Source of the DNA: Deltaproteobacteria bacterium RIFCSPHIGHO2_02_FULL_44_16
GTDB lineage: Bacteria; UBA10199; 2-02-FULL-44-16
Assembly (NCBI GenBank): GCA_001798185.1
Contig: MGRM01000006.1
Coordinates: 28,976 to 92,975, forward strand
Direction of reading: 5' to 3'
Length of the DNA stretch: 64,000 nt
Under the pieces are notes generated by a model. The model searched no databases. It was not told the DNA's origin and was given only the letters and a program-made list of their open reading frames with translations. The position numbers and the translations under genes are program-made. The stretch's first letter is position 1. The number at the start of each line of letters is the position of its first letter. Below, in pieces: positions 27,167-37,071 of this stretch.

Positions 27167-30100
27167 CTATGGAAGGACAGTCGTTGGTTCAGACGCACTC
27201 GCCTGGTATGTATTCATTGGATCTACTAACCCCACAGAATCCCAGATATAGCTCGTGGTGTAGAGCCTGTTGGTTGTCGTCCCACTTGGGATTAAAGTCT
27301 CGTGCACCACATAAAGTGCTGTGTTTGGTTGCAGAACAACACTTGAGGTCATGTCAATCAACTGCAATCCAGCAGTACTATCATTGACCGTGTAATCACT
27401 CCCCGCTGTAAGAAGCACTGCTGTTGGGCTTGATGCATCCGATACAATGGAACCCGTGGCTGGATCTCTCACAGGAGCTGTGTCGAGATAAATTCTCGTC
27501 GAGACTGCTTGGAAGAGACCAGGAATTCCTAAAACAGTCGGACTCACAAGACCGAAACTATACTTCAGTCTATTCGAATTCACTCCCTCGTTGGAGAGTG
27601 ATTCAACATAAAGTACCGAGAAATACGTAACGTTACTGTTCACCGCAATCGGATCACTGAGATCAACAAGTTGGGTTTGAAGTGCCGAGAAGGCCGGGAC
27701 ATTGACACAATCCGAAGCCTGCACGCTCGCAGCATTGCTGCTCGTAACCGTTGCTGTATCGCAGTAAATTCCACTTGCTGCGCCAAACGGGATGCGGCTT
27801 ACCACAATAAAGGTCAAACTCTCTCCTGCGAGAACATTCATAGTGCTAGGAGACGTAACAACATTTCCGGAAAGCGCGCCGACCGCACCGTTCAAATTCG
27901 AACTCACGTAAATAACCTGCACATTGGCAGCAGAATTCAAACCGAGAACATCGCTGATGACAACGTTTTGAGCAGGAGCACTGCCGCTATTTTGCACGAC
28001 GATCGTTGATGTATAGCTGGCACTTGGGATCACACTTTCTGGAGCGTTGACTTTTGTAATCTCAAGATTTGGCGTCGCTACGGTCAAACACGCGATATCG
28101 CTGCCAATCCCGATGGTCCCGGAAGTAGCCGAAAGGCTCGCAGTGTCACAATATATCCCATCAACTGATGCTTGAACTGTAAAGAGCATGGTCGATGTGG
28201 ATCCTGCAGCAAGATCGCCGATGTTGTTGTCAAAACCATCGCTGCTATTGAGCGTTCCGCTTGAAATACTGTTTATCTGGAATGGGGCCATGTCGCCGCT
28301 TGTAAGTTCATCGTGAACCATGACACCTGTCGCAGAGCCTGTACCACTGTTGATCACTCGCACGCGGAGTCTTGCAGGCATATTGGCTGATACAGTCATC
28401 GACTCGCCAAGACTCGTCACATCATCAGCAGCAACAAAGTCTTTGATGATCGATACATTTGATTCGAGAGCAGTAAAGCATGCCTCTGCACTCAGATCGA
28501 CTGGAGCCCACGAATTGTCACTATCACGATACAAAAGAATCTGCGATTTGTTGCAGTAAGTTCCGGGCGCTGTGACCGTGGCGGTGAAGGTGAGAATCTG
28601 CGTATTGTCCCCAGCAGGGGCAAGTTGAGATGGAAGCGCAAAGGAATATGTGAAACCATCACCGACTGCAGTACTCCCTGCAGGACGTGAGTTAAGCGAG
28701 TAACTTGCTTCTGCGCCTGATGACAAGATGTCACTCAGATCGATGTTGGTGGCGTCACCATTGCCAACGTTCTGAATTGTAACCGTCCAGGTGGCTGAAG
28801 CCACACCTCCAACGAGGTGCACGATATCCGAGTTAACGGTCTTCGTAATCTCGAGTTCCGGTGCTGGTGCAAATTTCTTGTAGAAGATCTGTTTTCCAAT
28901 CTCTTCTCCGTTGATAGTCGCTACAGCTGTAATGCGAGCTTCTGATCTTGCATCCGGTGAAAAGAGAGTCACCCAAGTGAAGCCATCGACAAATGGAGTA
29001 CCAATGCCGCTCTGGTTGTAGAGTGGGTATTCAGTTCCGATAAGAGGGAATCGTTCTGCGGTCAGTCGAGCATTATTCGTGCGCGTATCGGCCTGGTCAT
29101 CGAAAATTCCGTACCCAAGCGCGACTCTGTTATCATCAGATGTACCAAACTGCATGCTGTTGACTCTTCCAAACCACCACTGATCGATCTCCCAGCGGAC
29201 ATCGGCACCAATCACTGGACGAACAACCCCTGTGGAATCTGTGAAACCAACCCATGCGACAGCAAGATTCTGGGTAAAACTCGGAGCAGTTTCCATCTGC
29301 TCGATGGCCAAAGGTCTTCCGGGGTCACTCACCATGGAGGAAGTCAAATTGGCGGGAACAATCCCGTTTGGTTTATCTTGCTCCCAAGCGTAAAATACAA
29401 ATCGACCAGACTGGAGCGTGCTCGAGTCGATCGGAATAAGATTTCCCTGATCGTTGCGGTAGACTGCGCGCGGCGCCTCGGAGATAATTGGCGTTGCGAT
29501 GAGGACTAACGAAAGACTCGATGTATTGCCGGCAACAACATTGATTTGACCAACCGCATCGCCGAAAGCAGGCGCGGTTGCTGTCGCAACATACTGACCC
29601 GGCGCTAAATCGATGAGAAGCTGGTTACCGGTAAAAGTCTGTGTGAAACCATCTGGTCCTGTCACAACCACCGTAGCCGATGATGGATAGACGTTGATAT
29701 TGAGAGAACCGACTGTAGATTCCGAAACTCCCGCACTCATAGCAAGAGAGGTCGACGCAAGGATTAATGAAATACTCGAGATCTGACCAGCAGCGACATT
29801 GATTTGACCAACTGCATCACTGAAAGCAGGCGCGGTTGCTGTCACTCCATACAGGCCTGGAACTAAATTGGTGAAAAGCTGGTTCCCGGTAAAAGTCTGT
29901 GTGAAACTCTCTGGCCCTGTCATCACCACCGTGGCTGATGTCGGATGAACATTGACTTGAAGAGAACCAACTGCAGTGGCCGTTCCGAGAGAACCGACCG
30001 CCGAAGTTGTCGTTCCGAGAGGATCGCCCGGAGTTGTCGTTGCTCCTCCGCACCCCAAAAACGTCATGGCGCATATGAGCCCCACGATGAACCCTCTCAT
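27167..30100 (-). CDS. large surface lipoprotein with tandem Ig-like repeats and DUF11/CARDB-like domains
   Basis: Lipobox FLGCGG. Two 86-aa tandem repeats (SLQVNVHPTSATVV... and SLNINVYPSSATVV...). DUF11-like segments (TWTVTIQNVGNGDATN). Confidence 0.7.
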   Translation of the reverse strand: MRGFIVGLICAMTFLGCGGATTTPGDPLGTTTSAVGSLGTATAVGSLQVNVHPTSATVVMTGPESFTQTFTGNQLFTNLVPGLYGVTATAPAFSDAVGQINVAAGQISSISLILASTSLAMSAGVSESTVGSLNINVYPSSATVVVTGPDGFTQTFTGNQLLIDLAPGQYVATATAPAFGDAVGQINVVAGNTSSLSLVLIATPIISEAPRAVYRNDQGNLIPIDSSTLQSGRFVFYAWEQDKPNGIVPANLTSSMVSDPGRPLAIEQMETAPSFTQNLAVAWVGFTDSTGVVRPVIGADVRWEIDQWWFGRVNSMQFGTSDDNRVALGYGIFDDQADTRTNNARLTAERFPLIGTEYPLYNQSGIGTPFVDGFTWVTLFSPDARSEARITAVATINGEEIGKQIFYKKFAPAPELEITKTVNSDIVHLVGGVASATWTVTIQNVGNGDATNIDLSDILSSGAEASYSLNSRPAGSTAVGDGFTYSFALPSQLAPAGDNTQILTFTATVTAPGTYCNKSQILLYRDSDNSWAPVDLSAEACFTALESNVSIIKDFVAADDVTSLGESMTVSANMPARLRVRVINSGTGSATGVMVHDELTSGDMAPFQINSISSGTLNSSDGFDNNIGDLAAGSTSTMLFTVQASVDGIYCDTASLSATSGTIGIGSDIACLTVATPNLEITKVNAPESVIPSASYTSTIVVQNSGSAPAQNVVISDVLGLNSAANVQVIYVSSNLNGAVGALSGNVVTSPSTMNVLAGESLTFIVVSRIPFGAASGIYCDTATVTSSNAASVQASDCVNVPAFSALQTQLVDLSDPIAVNSNVTYFSVLYVESLSNEGVNSNRLKYSFGLVSPTVLGIPGLFQAVSTRIYLDTAPVRDPATGSIVSDASSPTAVLLTAGSDYTVNDSTAGLQLIDMTSSVVLQPNTALYVVHETLIPSGTTTNRLYTTSYIWDSVGLVDPMNTYQASASEPTTVLP
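29480..29995 (-). repeat. intragenic tandem repeat, 2 x 258 nt (~85% identity)
   Basis: cattgatttgacca... begins at 29539 and again at 29797; it encodes the duplicated Ig-like module. Confidence 0.6.
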
Positions 30101-30300
30101 AGTTCGCCCTCTATCTCTTCTCCATCTTCGTGATCTACTTTCATATTGCAACTGCGTATGTGTGTGGTTCTTCATTTTTGTTCTCCTTAGTTTCTGGTTG
30201 CTTTCATGGAGGGAGATTATGAAAGCATTGAAGGATGAACAATCGGGAGGAACTACATTTTTTACTGGGGAATTTCTCTACCAGAAAAGATGGAGGACAA

Positions 30301-30648
30301 TTATGGGAGTTTGCGAAGGGTGAGAATATGGTGATTTTCTTTTTTTTCTTCAGACTCAAACGAAAACCGACCTTCAGCAGCACTCATCACTTCGCTTCGA
30401 AGGGAACCGGTTGCTCCTTGTTTTAACGTTCCAGATAATTCGATGACATCTCTCACTTCTCGCACGATCGTCATATTTTCAATCAAGGATGAACGACGCA
30501 GCGCTCGCATCAGCGCGTCGACATCAGAAAAGTGATGTGACTCAAGAAGCAAAAGTGTAAACGAATTTTTTGTTTCGCCATAAACGTGGAGCGAAAGCAG
30601 CGACAAGAAAAACAAGAGAACAAAAGAAATGAAGCGCAGCTTCTTCAT
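30301..30648 (-). CDS. small secreted hypothetical protein
   Basis: Signal peptide (FISFVLLFFLSLLSLHVYG). Confidence 0.3.
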   Translation of the reverse strand: MKKLRFISFVLLFFLSLLSLHVYGETKNSFTLLLLESHHFSDVDALMRALRRSSLIENMTIVREVRDVIELSGTLKQGATGSLRSEVMSAAEGRFSFESEEKKENHHILTLRKLP

Positions 30649-30899
30649 GAGGAGATAAGCGAGAGTGAGGTGATACGTTCAAGTTCGATCATCGCGCGAT
30701 CTTCATCGTCGACAATCACCGCAAGCCCATTATCAATATCGACGGATTCAAGTTTTCCAATATAGCTCACTCCAAATGCAAGGATTTCTACTTTTCGACC
30801 AAGGGCTTCGATGAGTCCCCGAAGAAGTGGATCCTCGGCAACAGCGGCATCCATATCACTTTTCTTCTTCATGGTTCTCTCCTTCTTGCAAAATTCCAC
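30645..30899 (-). CDS. hypothetical small protein
   Basis: 84-aa ORF linked to its neighbours by 4-nt overlaps. Confidence 0.25.
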   Translation of the reverse strand: MEFCKKERTMKKKSDMDAAVAEDPLLRGLIEALGRKVEILAFGVSYIGKLESVDIDNGLAVIVDDEDRAMIELERITSLSLISS

Positions 30900-31896
30900 T
30901 CAGTTCATCGCCAAGCGGCAGTGATGTAATTTCTTTGACTGCTCGGTCTGGTTTTAATTCTCCTGAAAGAATGCGATGAATCGCATTACAAATCGGAAGC
31001 GTTAAATGATGTTTCACTCGCACGTCGTCAACTGCTTTTGCGGTGACGACACCTTCGGCAACCATATGTTCTCCTAAAACCTCTTTGGCGCTTTTCCCTT
31101 CTCCGAGAGCTCGTCCCACGGAATAGTTGCGTGAAAGAGGTCCCGTGCAGGTAAGCACAAGATCACCAAGACCCGACAGCCCTGCCATGGTCAGTCGCTT
31201 TGCTCCAAGGGCAATCCCTACTTTCATGGTTTCATACACGCCCCGAGTTACAATGGCAGCACGGGCATTTGCGCCAAGTCCCAAACCATCACTCATTCCA
31301 GCGGCAATGGCGATGACATTTTTTACCGCTCCACCGACTTGCACTCCAATCACATCATCACTGGTAAAAGGGAGAAAAGATTGTGTGCGAAAGAGATGTT
31401 GAATTTTTTCAGTCACACTTCGATCCTCACCCGCAATGACGACAGAGGTCGGAAGCCCTGCAGCCACTTCCTTTGCAAAACTCGGCCCAGAAAGAACAAC
31501 GCGCAACGATGAAGGATGATGAGGCAGAACATCATCCAGCACTTGACTCATCAGCTTCTGCGTTTTTGGTTCAATGCCTTTGGTACAACTGACAAACAAT
31601 ATATTCGGCAAAAGCAAGGGACTCGCTTTTTTCCACAATGCACGAAGAACATGGGAAGGGATCACAGAAACCACACACGAAACCTGACTGAGAGCCTCCT
31701 GAAGATCGGAAGTGACCTGAAGCGATGATGGTAAAAGAATGTCAGAAAGAAAAAGAGGATTTTTGCGATGACGTCGTACACCTTCGACGACCTCTGTTTC
31801 ATACGCCCAAAGGAGAACAGAGTGACCGGCATCAGCCAGATGTTTGGCAAGCGCCGTCCCCCAACTTCCAGCTCCAATAACCGCTATCTTTTTCAT
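30856..31896 (-). CDS. gpsA: NAD(P)H-dependent glycerol-3-phosphate dehydrogenase
   Basis: MKKIAVIGAGSWGTALA Rossmann N-terminus and GpsA-type C-terminal blocks. Confidence 0.85.
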   Translation of the reverse strand: MKKIAVIGAGSWGTALAKHLADAGHSVLLWAYETEVVEGVRRHRKNPLFLSDILLPSSLQVTSDLQEALSQVSCVVSVIPSHVLRALWKKASPLLLPNILFVSCTKGIEPKTQKLMSQVLDDVLPHHPSSLRVVLSGPSFAKEVAAGLPTSVVIAGEDRSVTEKIQHLFRTQSFLPFTSDDVIGVQVGGAVKNVIAIAAGMSDGLGLGANARAAIVTRGVYETMKVGIALGAKRLTMAGLSGLGDLVLTCTGPLSRNYSVGRALGEGKSAKEVLGEHMVAEGVVTAKAVDDVRVKHHLTLPICNAIHRILSGELKPDRAVKEITSLPLGDELSGILQEGENHEEEK

Positions 31897-32009
31897 CGCC
31901 ATGTATTCATTCACCAGAGAGAATTTTTTCATCCTAAATCACCGATGGGGATAGTCAACAATTCTTTCTCCTTGAGAACTTCATATCAGAATGATACTGA
32001 ACTACGTTT

Positions 32010-33011
32010 GTGAAACCGAAAAAATCCACACCTCGTTCCCTTCCTCTCACCGCATCTGAAGCTTTAGCAATGCTCTCCAGTATGTGGAAAGGAACCAAAA
32101 ATAATTCGATTCGATATGCTTTTTCACTTCTCAAAGAGACGCTCAAAGTCCAAGTCGAGCCCAAAGAAATTTCGGAAATCTCTGACGAAATTTCACAGCC
32201 TTCTTCCTTTCATATGGTTCGACTTCTCAATGAAGTGCTTTCCGAACATGATCATAAATTTTTAAAACGACAACTCACGTATCAAATATCAGCAGATGCT
32301 TCGCTTCCCGAACTTTCGATTGATATGGAGATGATCCGTTTTATTCTCGATCATCTTCTTTCCTTTATTGCCGCGAGATCTCCTCATCGGGGAAACATTA
32401 TGATTCGCGCCAATGAACGAACATTTAAAAATGAAGCGGGTATCGAAATTCTTCTCTCCGCTCCGGACGAACATCTTCATAAAAGTGATGGAACCGCTTC
32501 GCTTCGCGATCTTTACATTGCCCGCACATCCAACAGCAATACGAGTGTGCTGACGCTCTGTCGGCAATTCATGGTCAGTCAACGAGGGCATCTCTGGTGC
32601 GAGATTACCAAGAATCGTCGTGTCGATTATCATCTTTTTCTTCCCGTTGGCGCTTTTTTGCATAAAGGGACCAGCACCGCAGCGCAGACTTTTCAATATG
32701 ACATTCACATTAAAAACTTCATGCGGTTGAGAAAACATTTTGGCATTAAAAAAAGCGCTGCTTTTGTTCAACAAGTAGAACGAATGATTCAAGGAATGAT
32801 ACGTCATCCTGTCGACGTGGTCCTCTCTTCGTGCGAAGAAGGCATTATCACCGTAATTTATGAATCTGGCGCAAGCGGCGCAGAATCTCTGGCAAGCCGC
32901 ATTTCCAAACGTCTTTCGAATGAAACATTTCGTATCGGGAAAAAACTTATTAACGCGAATGTTCAATATTCATTGACTCCAATAGCTCCGCCCCAAAACA
33001 AAAAAACTTGA
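32010..33011 (+). CDS. hypothetical protein (possible degenerate HATPase-like region)
   Basis: Weak N-box-like LDHLLSFIAARSPHRGNIMIRA. Not confidently assigned. Confidence 0.3.
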   Translation: MKPKKSTPRSLPLTASEALAMLSSMWKGTKNNSIRYAFSLLKETLKVQVEPKEISEISDEISQPSSFHMVRLLNEVLSEHDHKFLKRQLTYQISADASLPELSIDMEMIRFILDHLLSFIAARSPHRGNIMIRANERTFKNEAGIEILLSAPDEHLHKSDGTASLRDLYIARTSNSNTSVLTLCRQFMVSQRGHLWCEITKNRRVDYHLFLPVGAFLHKGTSTAAQTFQYDIHIKNFMRLRKHFGIKKSAAFVQQVERMIQGMIRHPVDVVLSSCEEGIITVIYESGASGAESLASRISKRLSNETFRIGKKLINANVQYSLTPIAPPQNKKT

Positions 33012-33018
33012 GGTTGCG

Positions 33019-34749
33019 ATGAACATTCTTCTCTCTTTCCATGCTTTCTTCGAACCGTTCTGGAAAGAAACTGAGCTTCTCTTCTGCTTGATCTTTTTAT
33101 ATGCTTTGCCGCTTCTCAGACTCATCACTGCTCCTGTTTCATTTCGTGGAAGATTGTTTTTACCGATTGCTCGTATTTTAGGAACATGGGAGCGATTGAT
33201 TTCTCCTTTGCGTAAAACTTTTGGCATTATTTTTCTTGCGACAGCGCTTCTTTGGTTTAGCATCGACGGGTTTTCGTTCTCCAATACTTTTTCTCTCACC
33301 ATGCTTCCGATCATCCTCTTTCTCTTTGCCCTCACCTGGTACGCCCATGAAGAGCGAAGGCGATCTGTGTTCCATTTTCTTGAATTCGTCAGCTCTCATC
33401 CTCCCATGCATCCACGAGAATTTTTCGCTCTCCTTGCGTCTCTTTCAAGTCCTCTGCGATACCAGTTTCAAAAACCGGTGACGGTGGTCGTTCCACATTC
33501 CGTTGACTTTCGAAAAAAGGGAGGAACTTTTTTTCACTTTCCTCTTCTTTCAGGACTTTTTTCGACAATGACCCTTGCACGCATGCTCATGCTTTCCTCT
33601 CGCGTGAAAGGGAAAACATTTCTCCATAAAGTTGCTCCTGCCACCGTGATGATGTGGGGATTACGCATTTTGTACCTAACACGTTCGGCTCTCACGGTCG
33701 AAGGAGTCGATCGCCTTCAACAAAAACCGCGTTATGCTCTCTATCTTTTTAATCATGAAAGTTTTCTTGAATTTGCCATTGCTCCTCTTGTCCTCGGAAC
33801 TCGTCTTCCACGTTTTCTGCTCGCAAAAGATCATTTTCGAGACAATCCCCTTCTTTATCGCTTCTTGGGAATTGGGAAAGTCGCTGAAGCCCTCGATATG
33901 GTTTTTGTCGATCGTTCGAAAGTAAAAACGAAAGAAGAAAAAATTCTTCGCGCCCGAAAAATAAGCAAAGAAACGGTAAAAAAACTCCTCGATGATCACA
34001 TTCCCTTAGCTCTGTTTCCCCAAGGAACGCGTGCACGAAGCACCGTCACCGTGGATGGAAAAAGACTGGGTGCTGGATATTACACTGCCGGGAAACATGA
34101 CCGCTTAAGCATTGAAGGGGGACACATCAAAAAAGGAGTAGCATATATTGCTATCAATGCTGCGATTGAACTGCAAAAAAGAAAAAGCACAGAACCGGTG
34201 ACGTTTATTCCCATTGGCGTTACGGGAGCAGCTGTTGTTTGCCCGCGAAAAAGTTTTCGTGTGCACTATGGTGTCACCATTCATCTTCGTGTTGAACAAC
34301 CGCTACTCATTACGCCAGATATGGTTCGGAAACTCAAACTTCCTGAACGAGATGATCTCCCTTCGCATGAATATCAAGAAGAGATCAACGATCTGTTAAA
34401 ACGCATTGATCGCAGCCTCGTCCTCGCACTGAAACTTCACGGTGAATTGGAAGGACGATTTTTGGAGCTGGTACGCGAACGACGTGACCCGAACATGTTT
34501 GAAGAAATTTTTGTGGCGCTTCGTGAATGGCAGGGGAAAGAAGACAATCTTCTCTACGTCATTCTCGATTATATTTTCGCCACTCATCCCTCGAAGTGGC
34601 GTCCCTTCACAAATCAGTTAATGTATCTTCTTCTGAGTCAAGCACCGCGAGAACAGTTTGTGGAGTTGAAGCAGGCTGTGGCAGATGATCTCTGTCAGAT
34701 CAAAAAAAAAGAGACTTATCGCCGTCTTAATTTTCGTACGGTGTCGTGA
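33019..34749 (+). CDS. membrane-bound lysophospholipid acyltransferase-family protein (PlsC-like)
   Basis: N-terminal TM region; motif I variant LFNHESFLEF (H-x4-E); motif III FPQGTR. Confidence 0.55.
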   Translation: MNILLSFHAFFEPFWKETELLFCLIFLYALPLLRLITAPVSFRGRLFLPIARILGTWERLISPLRKTFGIIFLATALLWFSIDGFSFSNTFSLTMLPIILFLFALTWYAHEERRRSVFHFLEFVSSHPPMHPREFFALLASLSSPLRYQFQKPVTVVVPHSVDFRKKGGTFFHFPLLSGLFSTMTLARMLMLSSRVKGKTFLHKVAPATVMMWGLRILYLTRSALTVEGVDRLQQKPRYALYLFNHESFLEFAIAPLVLGTRLPRFLLAKDHFRDNPLLYRFLGIGKVAEALDMVFVDRSKVKTKEEKILRARKISKETVKKLLDDHIPLALFPQGTRARSTVTVDGKRLGAGYYTAGKHDRLSIEGGHIKKGVAYIAINAAIELQKRKSTEPVTFIPIGVTGAAVVCPRKSFRVHYGVTIHLRVEQPLLITPDMVRKLKLPERDDLPSHEYQEEINDLLKRIDRSLVLALKLHGELEGRFLELVRERRDPNMFEEIFVALREWQGKEDNLLYVILDYIFATHPSKWRPFTNQLMYLLLSQAPREQFVELKQAVADDLCQIKKKETYRRLNFRTVS

Positions 34750-35363
34750 TAATTATTGGTTTTAAAAAGCCCTGACCCAACCACGACCATATCAGCGCCA
34801 ACTTCATGCACTTCAGAAATATTTTCGAGATTTATTCCCCCATCCACTTCAATCAAAAAGGGGAGCTTGCGCTCCTTTCTATATTTCACCAGTAATTTTA
34901 CTTTTTCTAATGCTTCGGAGATAAGTCGCTGACCTGCAAATCCGGGGTTCACCGTCATCACGAGAATAAAATCAGCTTCAGGGACAAAGGGAAGAATTTT
35001 TTGAATAGGGGTTTCAGGGTTGATCACAGCCCCTGCTTTGCAGCCGAGTTTTTTGATTTTCGGAAGCACTTCCAAAAGATCACAGACTTCCAGATGGACA
35101 GACATCCAATCCGCACCTGCTTTTGCAAATGACTCAATAAATTTTTCTGGATGTTCGACCATCAAATGCACATCAAAAGGGAGTTTTGTAAGAGGTCGAA
35201 TGGATCTGACAAGATCTGGTCCCATGGTCAAGTTCGGCACAAAGTGCCCGTCCATGATGTCGATATGGAGAATATCTGCGCCAGCTTTTTCAACAGCGCG
35301 AATCTCTTCGCCAAGCTTCGAAAAATCAGCTACTAAAATGGAGGGTGCGATAAGTGGTCCCAT
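34716..35363 (-). CDS. rpe: ribulose-phosphate 3-epimerase
   Basis: MGPLIAPSILVADF...HIDIMDGHFVPNLT...VDGG blocks. Confidence 0.85.
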   Translation of the reverse strand: MGPLIAPSILVADFSKLGEEIRAVEKAGADILHIDIMDGHFVPNLTMGPDLVRSIRPLTKLPFDVHLMVEHPEKFIESFAKAGADWMSVHLEVCDLLEVLPKIKKLGCKAGAVINPETPIQKILPFVPEADFILVMTVNPGFAGQRLISEALEKVKLLVKYRKERKLPFLIEVDGGINLENISEVHEVGADMVVVGSGLFKTNNYHDTVRKLRRR

Positions 35364-35377
35364 TAATATCTCTCTTC

Positions 35378-35496
35378 CAAACTGGTTCACATTTTCTCTC
35401 GGGGTACAGAAGCTGCGGTTATGCTCCTCGCGTCTTCTGTTTCCATCGACGCGCCTCAGTCAAAGGCCCCCTGCGAGAAAAACTTCACCAGTTTGG
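35378..35496 (+). repeat. intergenic repeat element, family 1, copy B (~119 nt; closing stem CAAACTGG...CCAGTTTG)
   Basis: About 90% identical to 13362-13507. Lies between rpe and fmt, antisense to both. Confidence 0.6.
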
Positions 35497-35502
35497 TCAT
35501 AG

Positions 35503-36429
35503 TTATCCTAATTTTGTCCCCGATTTTATCTCATGCCCACGTAAAAACTCGATGGTCGACATTCTCTTTTTTCCTTCGAGCTGCACTTCAAGCAGATACA
35601 GATCCCCTGCTCCCGTTGCAACTGCAAGTTCATTCCCAACATGAAGCACCGTTCCTGGCTCCATCTCCAACTGGCTCTCAACAACTGCAACTTCATGAAG
35701 TTGTAATCGCTTTCCTCCCCAAAAGGTAAAGGCCCCTGGCCACGGCGTAAATGCGCGAACTCGATTGTAAATTTCTTCTGCGGAAAGCGTCCAATCGATC
35801 TTCCCATCTTCTTTGTTGAGGATCGGCGCAGAGGTTGCTTCGCTATGATGCTGCGGTTTCCTTGGAGCTGCGCCCTTTTCTATGGCCTCGACTGTTTTCT
35901 GGAGAAGTTCAGCGCCGAAGATCGCCAGTCGATCGTGCAAGTCTGACGCTTTTTCACACGCATCAATTTCCGTACGGCTGGAATAAATAATATCGCCCGC
36001 ATCCATCTCTTCGCTTAAATACATTGTCGTCACGCCTGTCTCTGTCTCCCCATTCGCAATCGCCCAATGAATCGGAGCTGCCCCGCGATATTTGGGCAGA
36101 AGCGATGCGTGTACATTAATGCACCCTTTTGGAGGAATGGCTAAAATCTCTTTGGGAAGAATTTTTCCGTACGCCACAACGACAAAAAGATCAGCATGCA
36201 AACTTTTGAAATGTTCCTCTACTTTTTTTGACCGAAGCGTCTTTGGCTTCAGGGGTTGGCGTCCCTTTTCTTGGATAAGGACGGCAACAGGGCATGGAGT
36301 CAATTCATAGCCTCTTCCTGCCGGTTTATCCGGTTGCGTGACGATTCCGACAACATCATGCGATGACTCGAGAAGCGCTACAAGAGAAGGGACGGCAAAA
36401 ACTGAGGAACCCATAAAGAGGATTTTCAT
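35503..36429 (-). CDS. fmt: methionyl-tRNA formyltransferase
   Basis: MKILFMGSSVFAVPSL...VVTQPDKPAGRG N-terminus; 4-nt overlap with def. Confidence 0.9.
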   Translation of the reverse strand: MKILFMGSSVFAVPSLVALLESSHDVVGIVTQPDKPAGRGYELTPCPVAVLIQEKGRQPLKPKTLRSKKVEEHFKSLHADLFVVVAYGKILPKEILAIPPKGCINVHASLLPKYRGAAPIHWAIANGETETGVTTMYLSEEMDAGDIIYSSRTEIDACEKASDLHDRLAIFGAELLQKTVEAIEKGAAPRKPQHHSEATSAPILNKEDGKIDWTLSAEEIYNRVRAFTPWPGAFTFWGGKRLQLHEVAVVESQLEMEPGTVLHVGNELAVATGAGDLYLLEVQLEGKKRMSTIEFLRGHEIKSGTKLG

Positions 36430-36926
36430 TCTAATTTCCCCTTCTTGAGTTTGTTCGCATAGAGTTCTTGTTTTAAAGTGCTTACGGAATCGAGGATTAA
36501 TTTTCCATCAAGGTGATCGATTTCGTGCTGAATGATGATCGCCAAAAGACCTTCAGCCTGGAGCTTGTGCTCCTTTCCTTGAGGATCGAGATAGATGCAC
36601 GTTACACGTTCACTCCGCTTCATCATCGTCAAAAATCCCGGAAGAGAAAGACATCCCTCTTCCCATTCAATCTCACCTTTGCGTTCGATAATTTCGGGAT
36701 TAATCATCTGATAGAGTTCATTTTGCTCTTCACGATTCGGATCGCAGACAATGACGCGATGACTGATCCCAACCTGGGGTGCTGCTAAACCGACGCCTGG
36801 AGCCGCATACATTGTCTCTGCCATGTCATCGAGAAGTAAGCGGATCTCCTCGGTCACTTCCTTCACCTTCGCCGCTTTTTTGCGAAGCACGGGGGCAGGA
36901 TAAACTTCGATGTTTAAGACCGTCAT
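36426..36926 (-). CDS. def: peptide deformylase
   Basis: GVGLAAPQ, EGCLSLPG and QHEIDHLDG motifs. Confidence 0.9.
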   Translation of the reverse strand: MTVLNIEVYPAPVLRKKAAKVKEVTEEIRLLLDDMAETMYAAPGVGLAAPQVGISHRVIVCDPNREEQNELYQMINPEIIERKGEIEWEEGCLSLPGFLTMMKRSERVTCIYLDPQGKEHKLQAEGLLAIIIQHEIDHLDGKLILDSVSTLKQELYANKLKKGKLE

Positions 36927-37071
36927 GTGCTGCTGCTATCAATGCTAAAGGAATGCGTCAATTGTGTTGTCGTTTCGATGATTTTCAAAAGAGGAAACAA
37001 AACTTCTCGTCATGCAAAAATGATTTGACATAACTCCTTTTAAATCGGATTATAACGGAGTTAATTCCATT

